From NCBI GenBank assembly GCA_951406725.2, contig OX597816.1, positions 128,650,001 through 128,714,000 of the forward strand: a stretch of 64,000 nt of DNA. The letters are read 5' to 3'. Positions 14,510-27,701 of the stretch are shown one piece after another (the first letter of the stretch is position 1; every line of letters begins with the position of its first letter). Origin of the DNA: Octopus vulgaris (Eukaryota). The notes under the pieces are model-generated. The model was not told where the DNA came from and ran no database searches. It saw only the letters and a list, made by a program, of their open reading frames with translations. Made by a program: the position numbers and the translations under genes.

Positions 14510-15587
14510 ATTCTCCTTGACTTATAACCTATGTAGCTTATGACCATCCATACTTATGACCACAAGAAGTAAATAAATAAAAAATGCATAAATAAAAAAA
14601 ACATTTTTAAATCAATTTTCGGATATTGGGCAGCTGCATGTACTATAATTATGGCAGCATCTGACAACGCAGGCCTCCCTCAGACCCAAGCGTCCACTGC
14701 TTGGGTCTGAGGGAGGCAATGGACTCTAATGTAGAATGCTTTGCAAAAGTTCAACATATCATTCAAGATGCTGTGTGTTATAAGAGATATTACTCTTTAC
14801 TCTTTTACTTGTTTCAGCCATTTGACTGTGGCCATGCTGGAGCATCACCTTTAGTCAAGCAAACTGACCCCAGCACATATTCTTTGTAAGACTAGTACTT
14901 ATTCTATCGGTCTCTTTTGCTGAACTGCTAAGTTATGGGGACATAAACACACCAGCATCGGCTATCAAGTGATGTTGGGGGGACAAACACAGACACACAA
15001 ACGTATACACACACACATACATATAAATATATATACATATATACAATGGGCTTCTTTCAGTTTCCATCTACCAAATCCACTCACAAGGCTTTGGTCGGTC
15101 CGAGGCTATAGTAGAAAACACTTGCCCAAGGTGCCATGCAGTGGGACTGAATCCAGGACCATGTGGTTCATAAGCAAGATACTTTCCACACAGCCACTCC
15201 TATGCCTGAAAAAAATCAAAAAACTATTTAAAGTTCACCATGTTCCTCAAAAAACCATCTACCTCAACCCATGGACATGACTGTGAAGATTAAAATTTTA
15301 TTTTTAATTGCACTTTTTTTCACAGGAACAACTTTTTTATTGTATGTATGCAGAATTTTATTTGCATTAATTTTTACATTAATTTTAGATTGAATTTTTT
15401 TTACAGTACGATAGAGTATATATATTTCACATTATGTACAATAATTATGGATTGAATTTTTGTGTTTTATATTTTTATAACCCATTTGAATGAAAATAGT
15501 GTTGAAAAATATAAATCCAACATACGATCAAATTAACTTATGACCTCTCAGTCAGAACATAACTTGGTCATAAGTCAAGGTGGTGTA
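14510..15587. mobile_element. pogo/Tigger-like MITE containing a perfect 19-bp hairpin and a nested SINE
   Basis: Inverted termini ccttgacttataacc (~14515) and ggtcataagtcaagg (~15566-80), repeated acttatgacc motifs, hairpin at 14673-14717. Confidence 0.5.
14792..15207 (-). mobile_element. SINE family A copy
   Basis: Full-length reverse-complement match to 45232-45716. Confidence 0.85.
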
Positions 15588-16043
15588 CTTTTGCCATAAT
15601 TACAGCCAGTTATTTGATAATATTGTGCTAACATCATGTTTGGTACTGTTTGTACTATTTGAAGCAAGTATTAATATGGGTGACCACATTGGCAGTAAGG
15701 TAACGGTGTAAAACAGTGGATGGACAACTTATATCCCTCCTGTTGAGATACTGCAATGAAGCAAGTTCTTGTGATGAGTTCTTGTCAAAGCAATCATCAA
15801 GAGTCATTCAACCAACCTCACAGAGAAAGGGGGAAGATATCATAATGGAGCAATCAAAATTTCTAATCTGAATAAACTCCAGTCAAAAATTGGGATAGAG
15901 TTTTTGCCATAATGAAATAGATTAGGAAAATATTCAGAAACTCAGTATATTATTTATTTGAGGAAAACTGAGAAATTGTTTATGGTTTAATCTCTTTTTA
16001 TAAGTGTTGAGGTGTTGGATATATTTACAGTCCCTAGTTTATT

Positions 16044-16270
16044 TAACCCTATAGCATTTAAGCTAGCCATATCTGGTCCAAATGTTCTACCTGTTTTATG
16101 TGCCAACTGGCCAGATGTAACCTCTCACACTTACCCAACAATGTCATACTAAAAATAAACAATCACATCATCGAAATCTCAAAGCTATGAGATAATGTAT
16201 GATTAATTCAAACTTTATTTATGAATAAGTAAGATCTACATTTGACAGAGTAATCTGAATGCAAAGGGTT
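16044..16270. mobile_element. TTAA-flanked (piggyBac-like) MITE; further copies at ~45948-46172 and ~52785-53823 (split)
   Basis: ttaaccct.tagcatt...aatgc(t)aaagggtt termini and a conserved interior in three copies. Confidence 0.65.
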
Positions 16271-17520
16271 TGTGTCTAAAAGGGGTAGTTTATTTCAGAA
16301 AGAAACAAGTAGAACTATAGAAAGAGTGTGTGTGTGTGTGTGGGGGGGGTATCCATATATGTGTGATTGGTGAGTATCTTAATGGTTCCATATAAAATCA
16401 CTCTTTGGGTAAACCTGTTGCTTCACTATTTGCATGATGTATCCTTACAAAATACAGCCAAGAGTGTTGAATTCACTTATGTTGCCTTCTTAGGCAACTT
16501 TAGATCAATTTTCATGACATGTAGGCCATGTACTTTAGATGATATGAACACATAACTACTTTATACATACAGCAAAGAATTTTCTACACACACTATTTGG
16601 TAATGGTCGTCTTGGAATAATTTTCTCTACACCAGATTTTACAACAATCTTCGAAAAGGAATATTTATGTTAGGAACAGACCTAACCTACTTTACATGGT
16701 CAAAACGAGTAGCTTGTTTGACAGCCACCAACTCTCATTATGTTTCCATGCAGTCAAATGGGATTTTCTACAACAGAACAGAACAGGAAATGCATAAAAC
16801 ATACTTACACATATATAAAAGGAAATGCAGAGAAAATTGATGTAAGCATGCTAACGGCTACACATATTTTATAGAAGTTTAAGAGGTTATAATAGTTGGT
16901 TCATAATGCTTGATCACCATGATAGATGTATGACATATAATAAGAGATACAGTATTAATGCATTGTTTCCGGCTCTGAGTGGATTTTTGTTAGCTGTTGT
17001 AAGTAGAAGCATTTTTCATTTTCTCACCAAGGCCATTGTGAATGCTGTCAATAACAACATTCTTTAAATCTCATTTAAACGTATACCACTTTCCTTTTAC
17101 GCCACTTACAACGTTATGCTTTCTAATTTATCTGCATTATTATCTCAGAAAAAGACCATCCATTAGCCAAATGCTTATGTCATACTGTATAATAGAGCAT
17201 TCCCGAAGTATTATACATACTCTGGACATGCATATCATAACATTTTTCAAATTTCTGAATACAAATAAGATCTATAACCTATGTGTTTTCTCGTGTTCAG
17301 TTTGACTCTATTATTGACTATATCTTCATGTTTTATTCTGTGTATCTTGATATAATGACAGGACAAAATAAAAATTCGTAATGTGATGATTCTTCAATGT
17401 AGAGCTCAAAGCTTCTCTGATTTTTTACAACTATTTTTCATGAAAATGCTAATGGCATTGTTTCTCTCTGTTGCTTGTATATACATCAAGGGGAACCAGA
17501 TTATATACATACATATATAT

Positions 17521-17922
17521 TTTTCTTGTTTCAATCACCAAATTGCAGTCATGCTGGAGCACTGTCTTCAGCTTTTAGTCAAATGAATCAAACCCAGTAT
17601 TTATTTTTTTTAATGTGTGGCACTTATACTATCGGTCTTTTTTTGCCAAACAGCCAAGTTAGAGGGATATAAACACATCAACACTAATTGTAAAGTGGTG
17701 ATGGGGTACAAACACAGACACACACACGTACACACATACACACACACACATGCACACATACATACATATGCATTGGGTTTCTTCAGTTTCTGTCTATCAT
17801 ATCCATTTACAAGGCTTTGGTCAACTTGGGGTTATAGTAAAAGACTTGCCTAAGGTGCCACACAGTGGACTGAACATGGAACCATGTGGTTGGGACACAA
17901 GCTTCTAACCACATAGCCATGC
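17521..17922 (-). mobile_element. SINE family A copy
   Basis: Reverse-complement similarity to 45232-45716. Confidence 0.78.
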
Positions 17923-18811
17923 AGCCCACAGATGGGTTGATGAACTTCCTCACTCATTCCATTTTAGGCATGTTATTTTCTTAATAACTTGATCCTCACA
18001 AGGTACATTTTCTCATTGCGCCAGCATTAGAGAGGTAGTCTCATTCCCAGCAAGATGAAAGAGTCCTCTGTATCTTAGGTTATCCCCTTTCATGCATTCA
18101 TGAATACCAGAGGTTTGTTTCCTCCAAGATACAGTAAAGAGTTTTCCTTTCTTCTTTGCATTGTTTCCATATATCCATTTCTTTCTTTCCCGCACATGTA
18201 GCTGGGAAGAGACACAGAACAAATGGGTAGTAGAAGATAAAAAGAAGAGGAAAACTGAAGTGATAGAAGCAAGAGGACTTAGAAGATAGGGAAACAGATG
18301 AAGAGAGGAATACACAGTTAGATAAGATTGTTGACAAGGAGATTGAATAAAAAGAGTATAAACAATGCAATGGAGGAGAGAGAGTGACAAAAGGGTGCAG
18401 TGTGATAGAAGACAGATATTAAAAGTGCAAGACTGGGATGTGGGGGAGAGTGCAATGAGAAAGTTTATGGAGGTCAAAATATAGCAGAAATGAAGCATGT
18501 ACATGTGCGCATGTACACACACACACACAATGGGCTTCTGCAGAGTTCTTGTTTCTAAATTCTACACAAAAGTCACTGGTCAAACTGAAACTATTATAGA
18601 AGTCACTTTAGCCCACGTAATACACACATACACACACACATGTATATATGAATGTGTGTATGTATGTATGTATGTATGTATGTATGTATGTATGTATGTA
18701 TGTATGTATGTATGTATGTATGTATGTATGTATGCATGCATGCATGTATGTATGTATGTATGTATGTATGTATGTATGTATGTATGTATGTATGCATGCA
18801 TGTATGTATGT

Positions 18812-19200
18812 AGGTGTGGCTGTGTGATAAGAAGCTTGCTTCCCAACCACCCAACCACTATGTGGCACCATAGGTAAGTGTCTTCTACTATAGCCTCAGG
18901 CTGACAAAAGCCTTGTAAGTGGATTTGGTAGATAGAGACTGAAAGAAGTCCATCGTATATGTGTGTGCGCATGTGTGTGTGTGCATTTGTGTGTGTCTGT
19001 ATTTGTCTCCTACTATCACTTGATGTCCGATGTTGGTGTGTTTGCATCACTGCAACTTAGCAGTTCAGCAAAAGAGACCAATAGAACAAGTACTAGGCTT
19101 ACAAAGATTAAGTTCTGGGGTTGAATTGCTCGACAAAAGGTGGTGCTCCAGCATGGTCACAGACAAATGACTAAAATAAAAGAATAGAGGAATAAAAGAA
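18812..19200 (+). mobile_element. SINE family A copy
   Basis: Direct similarity to 45232-45716. Confidence 0.8.
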
Positions 19201-22200
19201 TGTATGTATGTACGTATGTATATGTGTGTGTGTGTGTGTGTGTGTACACAGATAGAGTGATATCTACATATATATATGTACATGTCTATATACAGATATC
19301 TAATGGCAACACACACACATGTATATATGCACATGTACCCATGCACACACACACACACACACTCTCTCTCTCTTGCTCTCACACACACACATACACACAC
19401 ATACACACACATATATACTGCTATTAAATGCAATCAGATTTCTATGAATCAGGGGAAAAAATGAAATCTTGATATAATTTATAATTTAATGCACCTTTTC
19501 CATCATAAAATAGAGAAGTCAGCTTTAACACTAGCAAGCATATTGTTTTCAAGCATTTATGCACTACATACATATGCACTGCATACATATGCACTACATG
19601 TTCGCATTGGAGCAGTAATTACTTTAACATGCATCAACTAATATTTCCAACACTTAACCATTTTCTTAGCCCACTTGAATTCAGTCTCTCCTGTATATTT
19701 CCATCATCCGTACAACAAATTATACTCAGGTGGTTCCTGTATAATTCTTGAATATACTTTACTACTACTACTACAACTACTATTACTATTGTGTATAATT
19801 CACTGTCAAAATATGATCTAGTATTGCTGAGATATGCTTCATACTTTAATCTTCTTTCACACGCTTTATACTATACCCCACTCACCGTTCTGATTCTGTT
19901 CCATTCCTAATATTAACTAGTTGACGTAAGATAAGAAAAGTTATCAATTATTTCTAGTGGATCTATTGACTTTAGTCATAAGTTGCTTGCATCAGTGCAC
20001 ATAATGTACTAAAAGTATTGACTTTTCATCTAATTACATAAGATCCCACAAAGATTATTTTACAACCAATGCACACCAGTGCGACTCTCCTTAAGTCACA
20101 CTACATACTGATTCTAGTTACTTCCTGAAATAACCAATGAAACAATGACCTGGGGTAAAAGTCCTACTCAAGAGCTGCCTACCAGAATTTTTATTCCTTT
20201 AAAAAGTCTCAAGCGAGTAGTAAGGACTGAAATGACAGCGCTAGATTATAATAGGTTAAATACAAATTATTCTAATTTCCCAAACAGCTAAAAGAAAAGA
20301 TATCACAGTAAGATTGCATGAGAAATTATATGTAGCTTTATGAAACTAATAATAGAAAGATCTTGATTTTGTACAATTACTCAGATGAGGTAAACCTGAA
20401 ATTTGATTAACATTCTAGTTTTATTAAGAAAACAATTTTCCTTTCAATTTTATTTCCCAGTTTTTTTGTTTTGCCATCAAGTTTACATATTTTTTAAACA
20501 TGTATTTTTATTGTTGGTAAATAGCATCAGTCAGATTTGAACCTTTCATTTCCACATCAGTCAGCTCTAAGACTATACAACACCACAATAATGTGGGCAG
20601 AAGGGAAACAAGGATTTGAAACATAGTATGCTGTTGCTCATTTTGTTCTTAATTTCTTTTTTACTTCTTGGTCAATGAAAGAAGAGTAAACCCCATATTT
20701 TTTCATGTGTTCCCCCTCCATACTAATGGAAGGAAGGGAGAAAGTTACCCTAAAAATCAGAGACCTGGCCCAAATACTTGCAACATAGAGAACTCTCCTA
20801 AAGATATGCAAGGATTGGGCAATCTAATGATGCAGTATCAGCTGTAGTGGGAATAGTCAAGGTGGACTTTGTCAGCTCATCACAGACATTATTATATTAG
20901 AGTATTTTAGAGATGATTAACAACCTACCACAAAGTTTGATTCTAGTAAAGCAATTAAAATTGTAGATGTTTTAGTTTGTACAAATATTTTGTGTTCAGT
21001 TTTAATTGGGAGACTTTGACATTTATTTTCAATAAAAGTATCAGTCATGTTCTGGGGTTAATATAATTGAGTATGTCCTCTTTCAGAGTATAAAGTTTTA
21101 TGGCCATGTTAGGAATCATCATCATCATCTTTTAACATCCTTTTTCCATGCTGGTATGGCTTGGATGATCTGGCCAGGAAGAAAAGCTTTGGCAAGCAGG
21201 AGAGCTGCACCAGGTTCCAGTCTGATTTGGCCTGGTTTCTATAGCTGGATGCCCTTCCTAATGTCAACCGCTTTACAGAGTGTGCTGGGTGCTTTTAACA
21301 TGGCACTGGTATGAGAACTTCGTGCTGACACAAGAGCTTTTACATGGCACCCACACAGGGCTCTCACAGGCCAATCCTCTTCATCAAGGAGAGTGGCATT
21401 AACACTTCTGCTTTGGAAGATGGGGTCTTCTTGAGTATAGCAATGCGCCAATGTTTTTATTTCAGTAAATGACTTATATGCTTAGTGTCTAAAGAACAAA
21501 GAGTGCTCATGATGTCTAACTAAGTGGGGCTGTGGCAAAGTGTCTGGGTGTTCTAGGATAAATGTAGGACTAGGATAATCCACATAATGCTTATAAACTA
21601 ATTACATGATTTTTTCTATTTTGCTCAATTCCTAAGTGATGCTTAACTATTAATGTGGGTGGTGTGTGAATGGTGTATGTGTAACTGGAATGTTATAGGA
21701 TGTTATGGAATGTAAGGCAAGGTTACAAAAAAGAAATACCAATCACAGAATTCTGAAGTACTGCAGAGAATGCATGGGATTAGTTTTTGTAATACTGTTA
21801 ATCTGTTCAAGTGCTGCTAGAACTTTAATTTGCAAATGTATTGTTGGAATTCTATATGGCTATAACCTAAGTGTAATAAGATGAGACTTTAATGTTATTC
21901 AAATAAAAATGCTGTCTCCTGCTGAAGGGAGAGATAATGTGCTGAGAATTTAAAGGGAATGGGCTGCAGGGATAAATTAGGCTTTGAGTGGATGCTATTA
22001 AGGGAGTTACAGATGGTGCAAGTTTTACTGCTGTATACATATAATATAGACTTAAGTCTCTAGGAAAATAGCAAAACAGACAAAATGCATAGTTGAATCT
22101 GTATAATATAGAGTAGTGTACTCCTCAAAAAAATTTCATATGTATATATATATATAATTAAAGTGGAAATCCTGATTTAAGCTTAAAATTTAAAGATAGA

Positions 22201-22303
22201 AACCTTCACAATAAAGGCAAGATGAATGCTGATTGAAAACAAAAATTAAATTATGTTTGATAAACATTCAAGCATTTGTGTTATATATGTTTTGCTATAC
22301 TAG

Positions 22304-22353
<50 letters not shown>

Positions 22354-22381
22354 CAAATATATATATATATATATATATATA

Positions 22382-22797
22382 CCACCACCGTACATGTCTC
22401 TATGAGAGATTTAGAAATTCAATATTTCTTATTTTGATAATCAGTGAATAAACTTCACTGAGTATACATATATACAATTATGAAGTCGAGGCAAATATCA
22501 TCAGCCGACCGGTGTCTGCTACTCTAGGCCGATGAAGGACAATGATCCTGAAACACAGTGTCCCTAGATGCGGTTCCGGCGGTTGGGGGTGTTTGTCTCC
22601 CCTTCGTATATGTATATAAGGACACAGGGAAAAAATGTATCGAAGCTGTCAGGAGGTGTTCGATGCCTCCTAGGGCTATACAACGGTGGTGTACCCCCTA
22701 CTGTCACGTTCTTGTTAGATTGACAGTATACAACCATTCTATCGCCCCACCACCGTACATGTCTCTACGAGAGATTTAGAAATTCAATATTTCTTAT
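22382..22797 (+). mobile_element. Non-LTR retrozyme-like unit: 365-nt monomer plus 51-nt terminal direct repeat, inserted in (TA)n
   Basis: Direct repeats 22382-22432 and 22747-22797 with one mismatch. GC-rich, highly self-complementary interior containing a hammerhead. (TA)n on both flanks. Confidence 0.7.
22502..22585 (+). ncRNA. Type I hammerhead ribozyme
   Basis: Stem I tctagg (22523-28)/cctaga (22563-68), extended by ctgc/gcgg, ccgg/ccgg and cagccg/cggttg. Core CCGATGA. Stem II agga-caatga-tcct. Then GAAA, near-palindromic stem III ACACAGTGT and a GUC cleavage triplet ending at 22562. Confidence 0.8.
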
Positions 22798-23365
22798 ATA
22801 TATATCAAAGAACACAAATGGTGGTTAAAATTTATGACAGCTGTTTCAGTAGAATTTTATTAATGTATTTATAGATTACATCATAACATATAACCCCCCA
22901 TCTTCAGCTAAAATTCTAAACTGGTATGCCACACCTGTATCTCCAGAGATTTAAACTGGATTTGGTGGACAGTAAGTAGAGATGGCTAAATAAGACAGGA
23001 GACACCATTAAGAAAAACAAATCCAGTACTTACGGGAAATATACCTCTTGGTGTTAATTCTGACTCTGTTGCTAATATGTATTTTTTAATCCATTGTCAA
23101 AACCAATGAAGGTCGAAGTCATGTAATCTGGTGGTCTTGGAACTGAACATGGTGGGGATTTATTTCACTGCTAGCATTATAAATAAGAGTGCATTTTGCA
23201 CCAAAATTCAATATGATAGTTTCTTTTATAGTATCTACTGTGGTATAGTTTGTTCTAAAAGAACATATACATTAAAGTGGGGATAAAAATATCACACTCT
23301 CGATATTGGAAATATTGCCCCAATATTTTTCTTTCTCAAAGGTCTAGGCCCTAAGAGGAATAACA

Positions 23366-26345
23366 ATGGCTTCAAGAAAGTACTCAAGCAGATGCCAGAA
23401 ACTAAAAATTAAGGAAAAGCAATCCAATGAAATTTCTAAATGTCAAAAACTATCAAACTATTTTACAATGTCAAGTAAATGTTTGTCAAACCTGCAACTG
23501 AAACAAGCCAAGCAAATGAAATCAGAGATAGTGCACAAACCACGAGTACTCTGTTTAGTAATAATCAACCTACTGCTGACACTTTTGATGCAGATGATGA
23601 TCAGTGGTTAAGAACTTCAAGAAAAGAGAGAGCAGAAAAAGGCTACAGGAAGCAAATTTAGTGATTTCAAAGAATACAGTGACTTGGCTAACAAGTGATA
23701 ATAATTTCATACAAAACTGTTTAATGCAAAACATCAGTTTTCTTTTTAAAATAAAAGTTAAAAAAAAACCCCAGATAATGTCTATACTGAATTCAACAAG
23801 ATTTACTAACAGCAAAATCGAGGTTTCCCAAACAAGTACTTTGAAAAAAAGATTGAAAAATCTGTGATGAGATCCTGGTTAGTTTACTCAAAGAGCAAAC
23901 TCTTTTCTAAATGCCAAATATCACTTACAATGGGTGGGTTTTCTGATTGGATGAATATATGCAGAACTCTAGAAAATCATGAAGACATATGGAACATAAC
24001 AGGACGATGTTGAGCTGACTAACACAAAAATCAAATAAAACACTGTGGATCAGCAACTTGAGGAACAGTTGAGAAAAAACATGCAGCACTATTTTGAAGT
24101 ACTAAAAAGAGTTGTAGCAGTTATAAAGCTTTTAAGTGAAAGAGGTTTAGCATTTAGAGGTCATGAGGAAAAGTGGGGCTCCCCAAACCATGGAAATTTC
24201 ATGGGGGTTATTGAGCTTATTGTGGAGTTTGACCCATTTTTACTTGAACATTCAGAGAAATGTACAAATCCAAATCCATGTATAAAGAATTGATTGAAAT
24301 CATGTGAAAGATGAAGCGGTGAATCAGATCAAATACCTAGACACCAAATACTACTCAACTATTGTTGACTCTACACCTGACGGGACAAATGTTGACCAGC
24401 TGGTAATTGTGATTTGATACTGTTATAATGGAAAGCCCTATGAGAGATTTTTAGCATTTTTGCCAATAGAAAACCATTCATCCACGATCTTGTTCAACAA
24501 AATAACTCACTTTCTGGGGGAGCATAAGCTTTTACTTGAAAATGTCCATTGCCAATTGTAGAATAATGCTTCCAACATGAAGGGCTCAGAGATAGAGCTA
24601 CAAGCACTTCTTAAAAACATTAACAGGTACACAAACTGTGTACCATGTGCAAGCCATTCACTCAACCTTGTTGGAGAAAAGGCAGTGTCTATTGTACCTG
24701 AAGTTATTGATTATTTCGATATCTTGCAGCAGCTGTATGTTTTCTTTTCTGAATCTCCTCAAAGATGTGGGATTTTAAACATACAGGGCAATCTAGTCTT
24801 TACTTTAAAGAGCACAAGTATAACTAGATGGTCTGGACACCATGAAGCAGTCCAAGCAATTAAAAATGGTTATAGGGATATTTTACAAACTCTCAAATAT
24901 ATGTTTGAAGAGTCAGAAGAGAAGCCTGAATGTAAGTGAGATGCAAAGAATTTATACCACGAGTTGGTAAAATTGGAACATGCTGTTTTAACAGTCATTT
25001 GGGAAGTAGTTATGAATTGCTTTAACAAAACAAGTAAGAAACTCCAAACCCTTGGTTTTGATTTAATTGAAGGTTACCTTCTGCGAGCAACTTTGCTTTC
25101 ATTTGTTAAAGAACTACAAGAAAATTCAGCCGACAGGATTGAACACTATGAATCAGTAGCAAAATGTTTATGTGAATACATCACCTCACATTATTCTGAT
25201 GTTTCCAAATGCATTGTTACAAAGAAATTTGCAGATGGAACAAGTGATAGAGCTTCTTTGAAAGGGACTGAAAAATTTAGGATAGAAGTTCTAAATCAAG
25301 TCTATGACTGCTTGATAACCCAGATAAGGAAGAGGATGAACCCATATGAACAGATTGCGACAAGGTTCAAGTTTCTTTCAGAACTGATGAACAATTCAGA
25401 ATATGATGAAGACAGTATCAAACTTATAATATTGCATTACAAAGATGATATTGACCACAAATTGATAAAAGAGTGTTATCAGTTCAAAGAGTATTTACGC
25501 CTTAGGAAATCTTGAAAGACAGAAGAAAACACACCATCTAGAATACAACGCACTGAAGTTCTTCAGCTTATTTATGAACAACAATTAATTGAAGTGTTTC
25601 CTAATACTACCACTGCACTTAAGCTGTACTTGACAATGCCTGTTATGAACTGTGAATAAGAAAGGAATTTCTCAAAGCTTTTCTTCATAAAGAATAAATT
25701 TCAATCTACCATGACAGAATAGTGCTTAAATTCTTTATGCATATTGTCTCTAGAAAATGACATTGCAAGGAAGCTCACATATGACAAAACTGTAAGGGAA
25801 TACGTTGCTACAAAAAAACAGAAAAGAGAGTATTTTGTAATTTTCATATGTATCTTAGATATAAGATTAATATTAGATTATATTAACTGATATTTGTTAT
25901 GTTTTATGTCTTTATTCTATGATGCATCATGCATGTATATAACATTTCCCTAATTTTCAATCCCCATAACTCTAAAAGAATAAGGCATAGCCTGGAAAAT
26001 ATTTGTTCACACTAGTGACATTGCGTATCACAATCTGAAATGTAGTGCTTAAATTTGTAAAGCAAATTGTGGTGATGTACCAAGGAACAATGATATCGAC
26101 AAAGATATTGGTGATTACCCACACCACGTTTTTGATGGAAAGAGGGCTCACTGTCAGACTCATTTTTAAGGACTCTACATCACCACTCCACCAATTGGGC
26201 TATCAGAGCCTCTTGGATGGAATTCCTTGCAAGGCCACGAAAATTCTTTGACCCTTGCCGGATGTTACCCTACTGTTGCTGGTTGCAAAGGGGGGCCCTA
26301 TAACATTTGAAGCTTCAGGGCCCCAATATTGTAGATCCACTACTG
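23366..26345 (+). mobile_element. Degenerate hAT DNA transposon (ZMYM1-like transposase); left terminus not found
   Basis: MASRKYSS start, GLAFRGHEE...GNFMG, VDSTPD, CVPCASHSLNL, TRWS, and the hATC dimerization region PVMNCE*ERNFSKL..IKNKFQSTM. Right TIR gtagatccactactg ends at 26345, with gggcccc subterminal motifs. Confidence 0.9.
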
Positions 26346-26349
26346 CCTA

Positions 26350-27664
26350 ATTGTAGAAAAGAATACTTTTAAATTGAAGAAAAGTATAAGAGGATGAGAA
26401 CTATTTTGTTTTCCCCTCTATCAATAGTTTTCACAGTAGCACCTTATCCCAAGTAAAATCATATACTTTTGTTTTTGTCTAGTGTGGGACATGAACAAAA
26501 AGCAATATGAAATTAGATTTGGTGGGAATTATGCCAATGTAAATAAGGTAAGTGATAATGTATTCTTGTTTTTCTCTTAATTTAATTTTTATATCATACA
26601 GAAAATTATTTTTACAGCTTGGTAAAAGTATGAAAGAAAAATAAAGCAAAAACAAAAAAGATAATTTTAATCGAGAAATGTACAATGTAGAGGTTGGCTG
26701 TTGAAAGTTTTTGTCTTGTTTTATTTTAAGTGTGAATTTCAAATGTTTTAGAATAAGGAATACAATAAAATGACTGACAGTAGCGGACAACAAAAGTATT
26801 TTGGAGGTGGTTGCTGTTTTAGGGGTGAGTGTCAATGTTCAAAATACATGTATTTTCTTCCTCTAGCAACTTTATGTTTCATTTGTGGCACTCCGTCAGT
26901 TATTATGATGAAGGTTCCAGCTGATCTGATCAAAAGAACAGCCTGCTCATGAAATAAAACATGCAAGTGGCTGAGCACTCCATAGACACATGTAGCCTTA
27001 ACGTAGTTCTCAGGAAGATTCTGCATGACACAGAATGTGACAAGGCTGGCACTTTGAAAGATGGGTGTTACTCACTTTTGCTGGCTGAGTGGACTGGAGC
27101 AATGTGAAATAAAGTGACTTACTGAAGGACACAACACTGCCTGGAATTGAACACATGACCTTACAATCATAAACCAAATACCCTAGCCACTAAGCCATGC
27201 ACCTTCACATGTTTCATAATATGGAATGTACTAACAAGAGGAGAAAAACCTTTTCTAATACTGATAAGCGTCATGGAGGTACGAGGTGGAGAAAAGAAGA
27301 TAGTGACATTTTAAAAAAATCATAGATTTAAAAATTTTTTTAAGAAAAAACCTCCCCCACATCATTTTGTAATGAATATGGGGAAAATATGGAAAAAATC
27401 TCAGCAAAGATGAGAAATCCAGATTATGTAGAACAGCTATTCTGAAAGGCTACTTGTGTGAGCGTGTGTATAGCAAGAGAGAGACTCATGTACATAGATA
27501 AATATCCATGTATATATATATATATATTTTGTATATGGCAGATGCTTACCAGCGCACACATAAAAGCTCCTGTACTACTTGTTGCTGGCAACCATATATT
27601 AATCCTAACATGTCAAGTTAGTTGTATGGAATTGTTACATATGTTCAGTACACTACATGGACTA

Positions 27665-27701
<37 letters not shown>

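Noticed and set aside
16410-16535. Additional small exon candidates of the minus-strand gene (HGLHVMKIDLKLPKK; IHHANSEAT), plus one at 898-856
   Set aside because: Phases or splice sites are inconsistent with neighbouring exons, so they were left out of the model.
18040-18490. 171-aa hydrophobic ORF (18013-18528, minus strand)
   Set aside because: Purine/pyrimidine-skewed low-complexity sequence, probably a decayed repeat, with no recognisable domain.
22382-22797. LTR element or CRISPR-like interpretation of the 51-bp direct repeats
   Set aside because: No TG...CA ends, PBS or TSD, and only two repeats. A partial tandem unit with a hammerhead explains it better.
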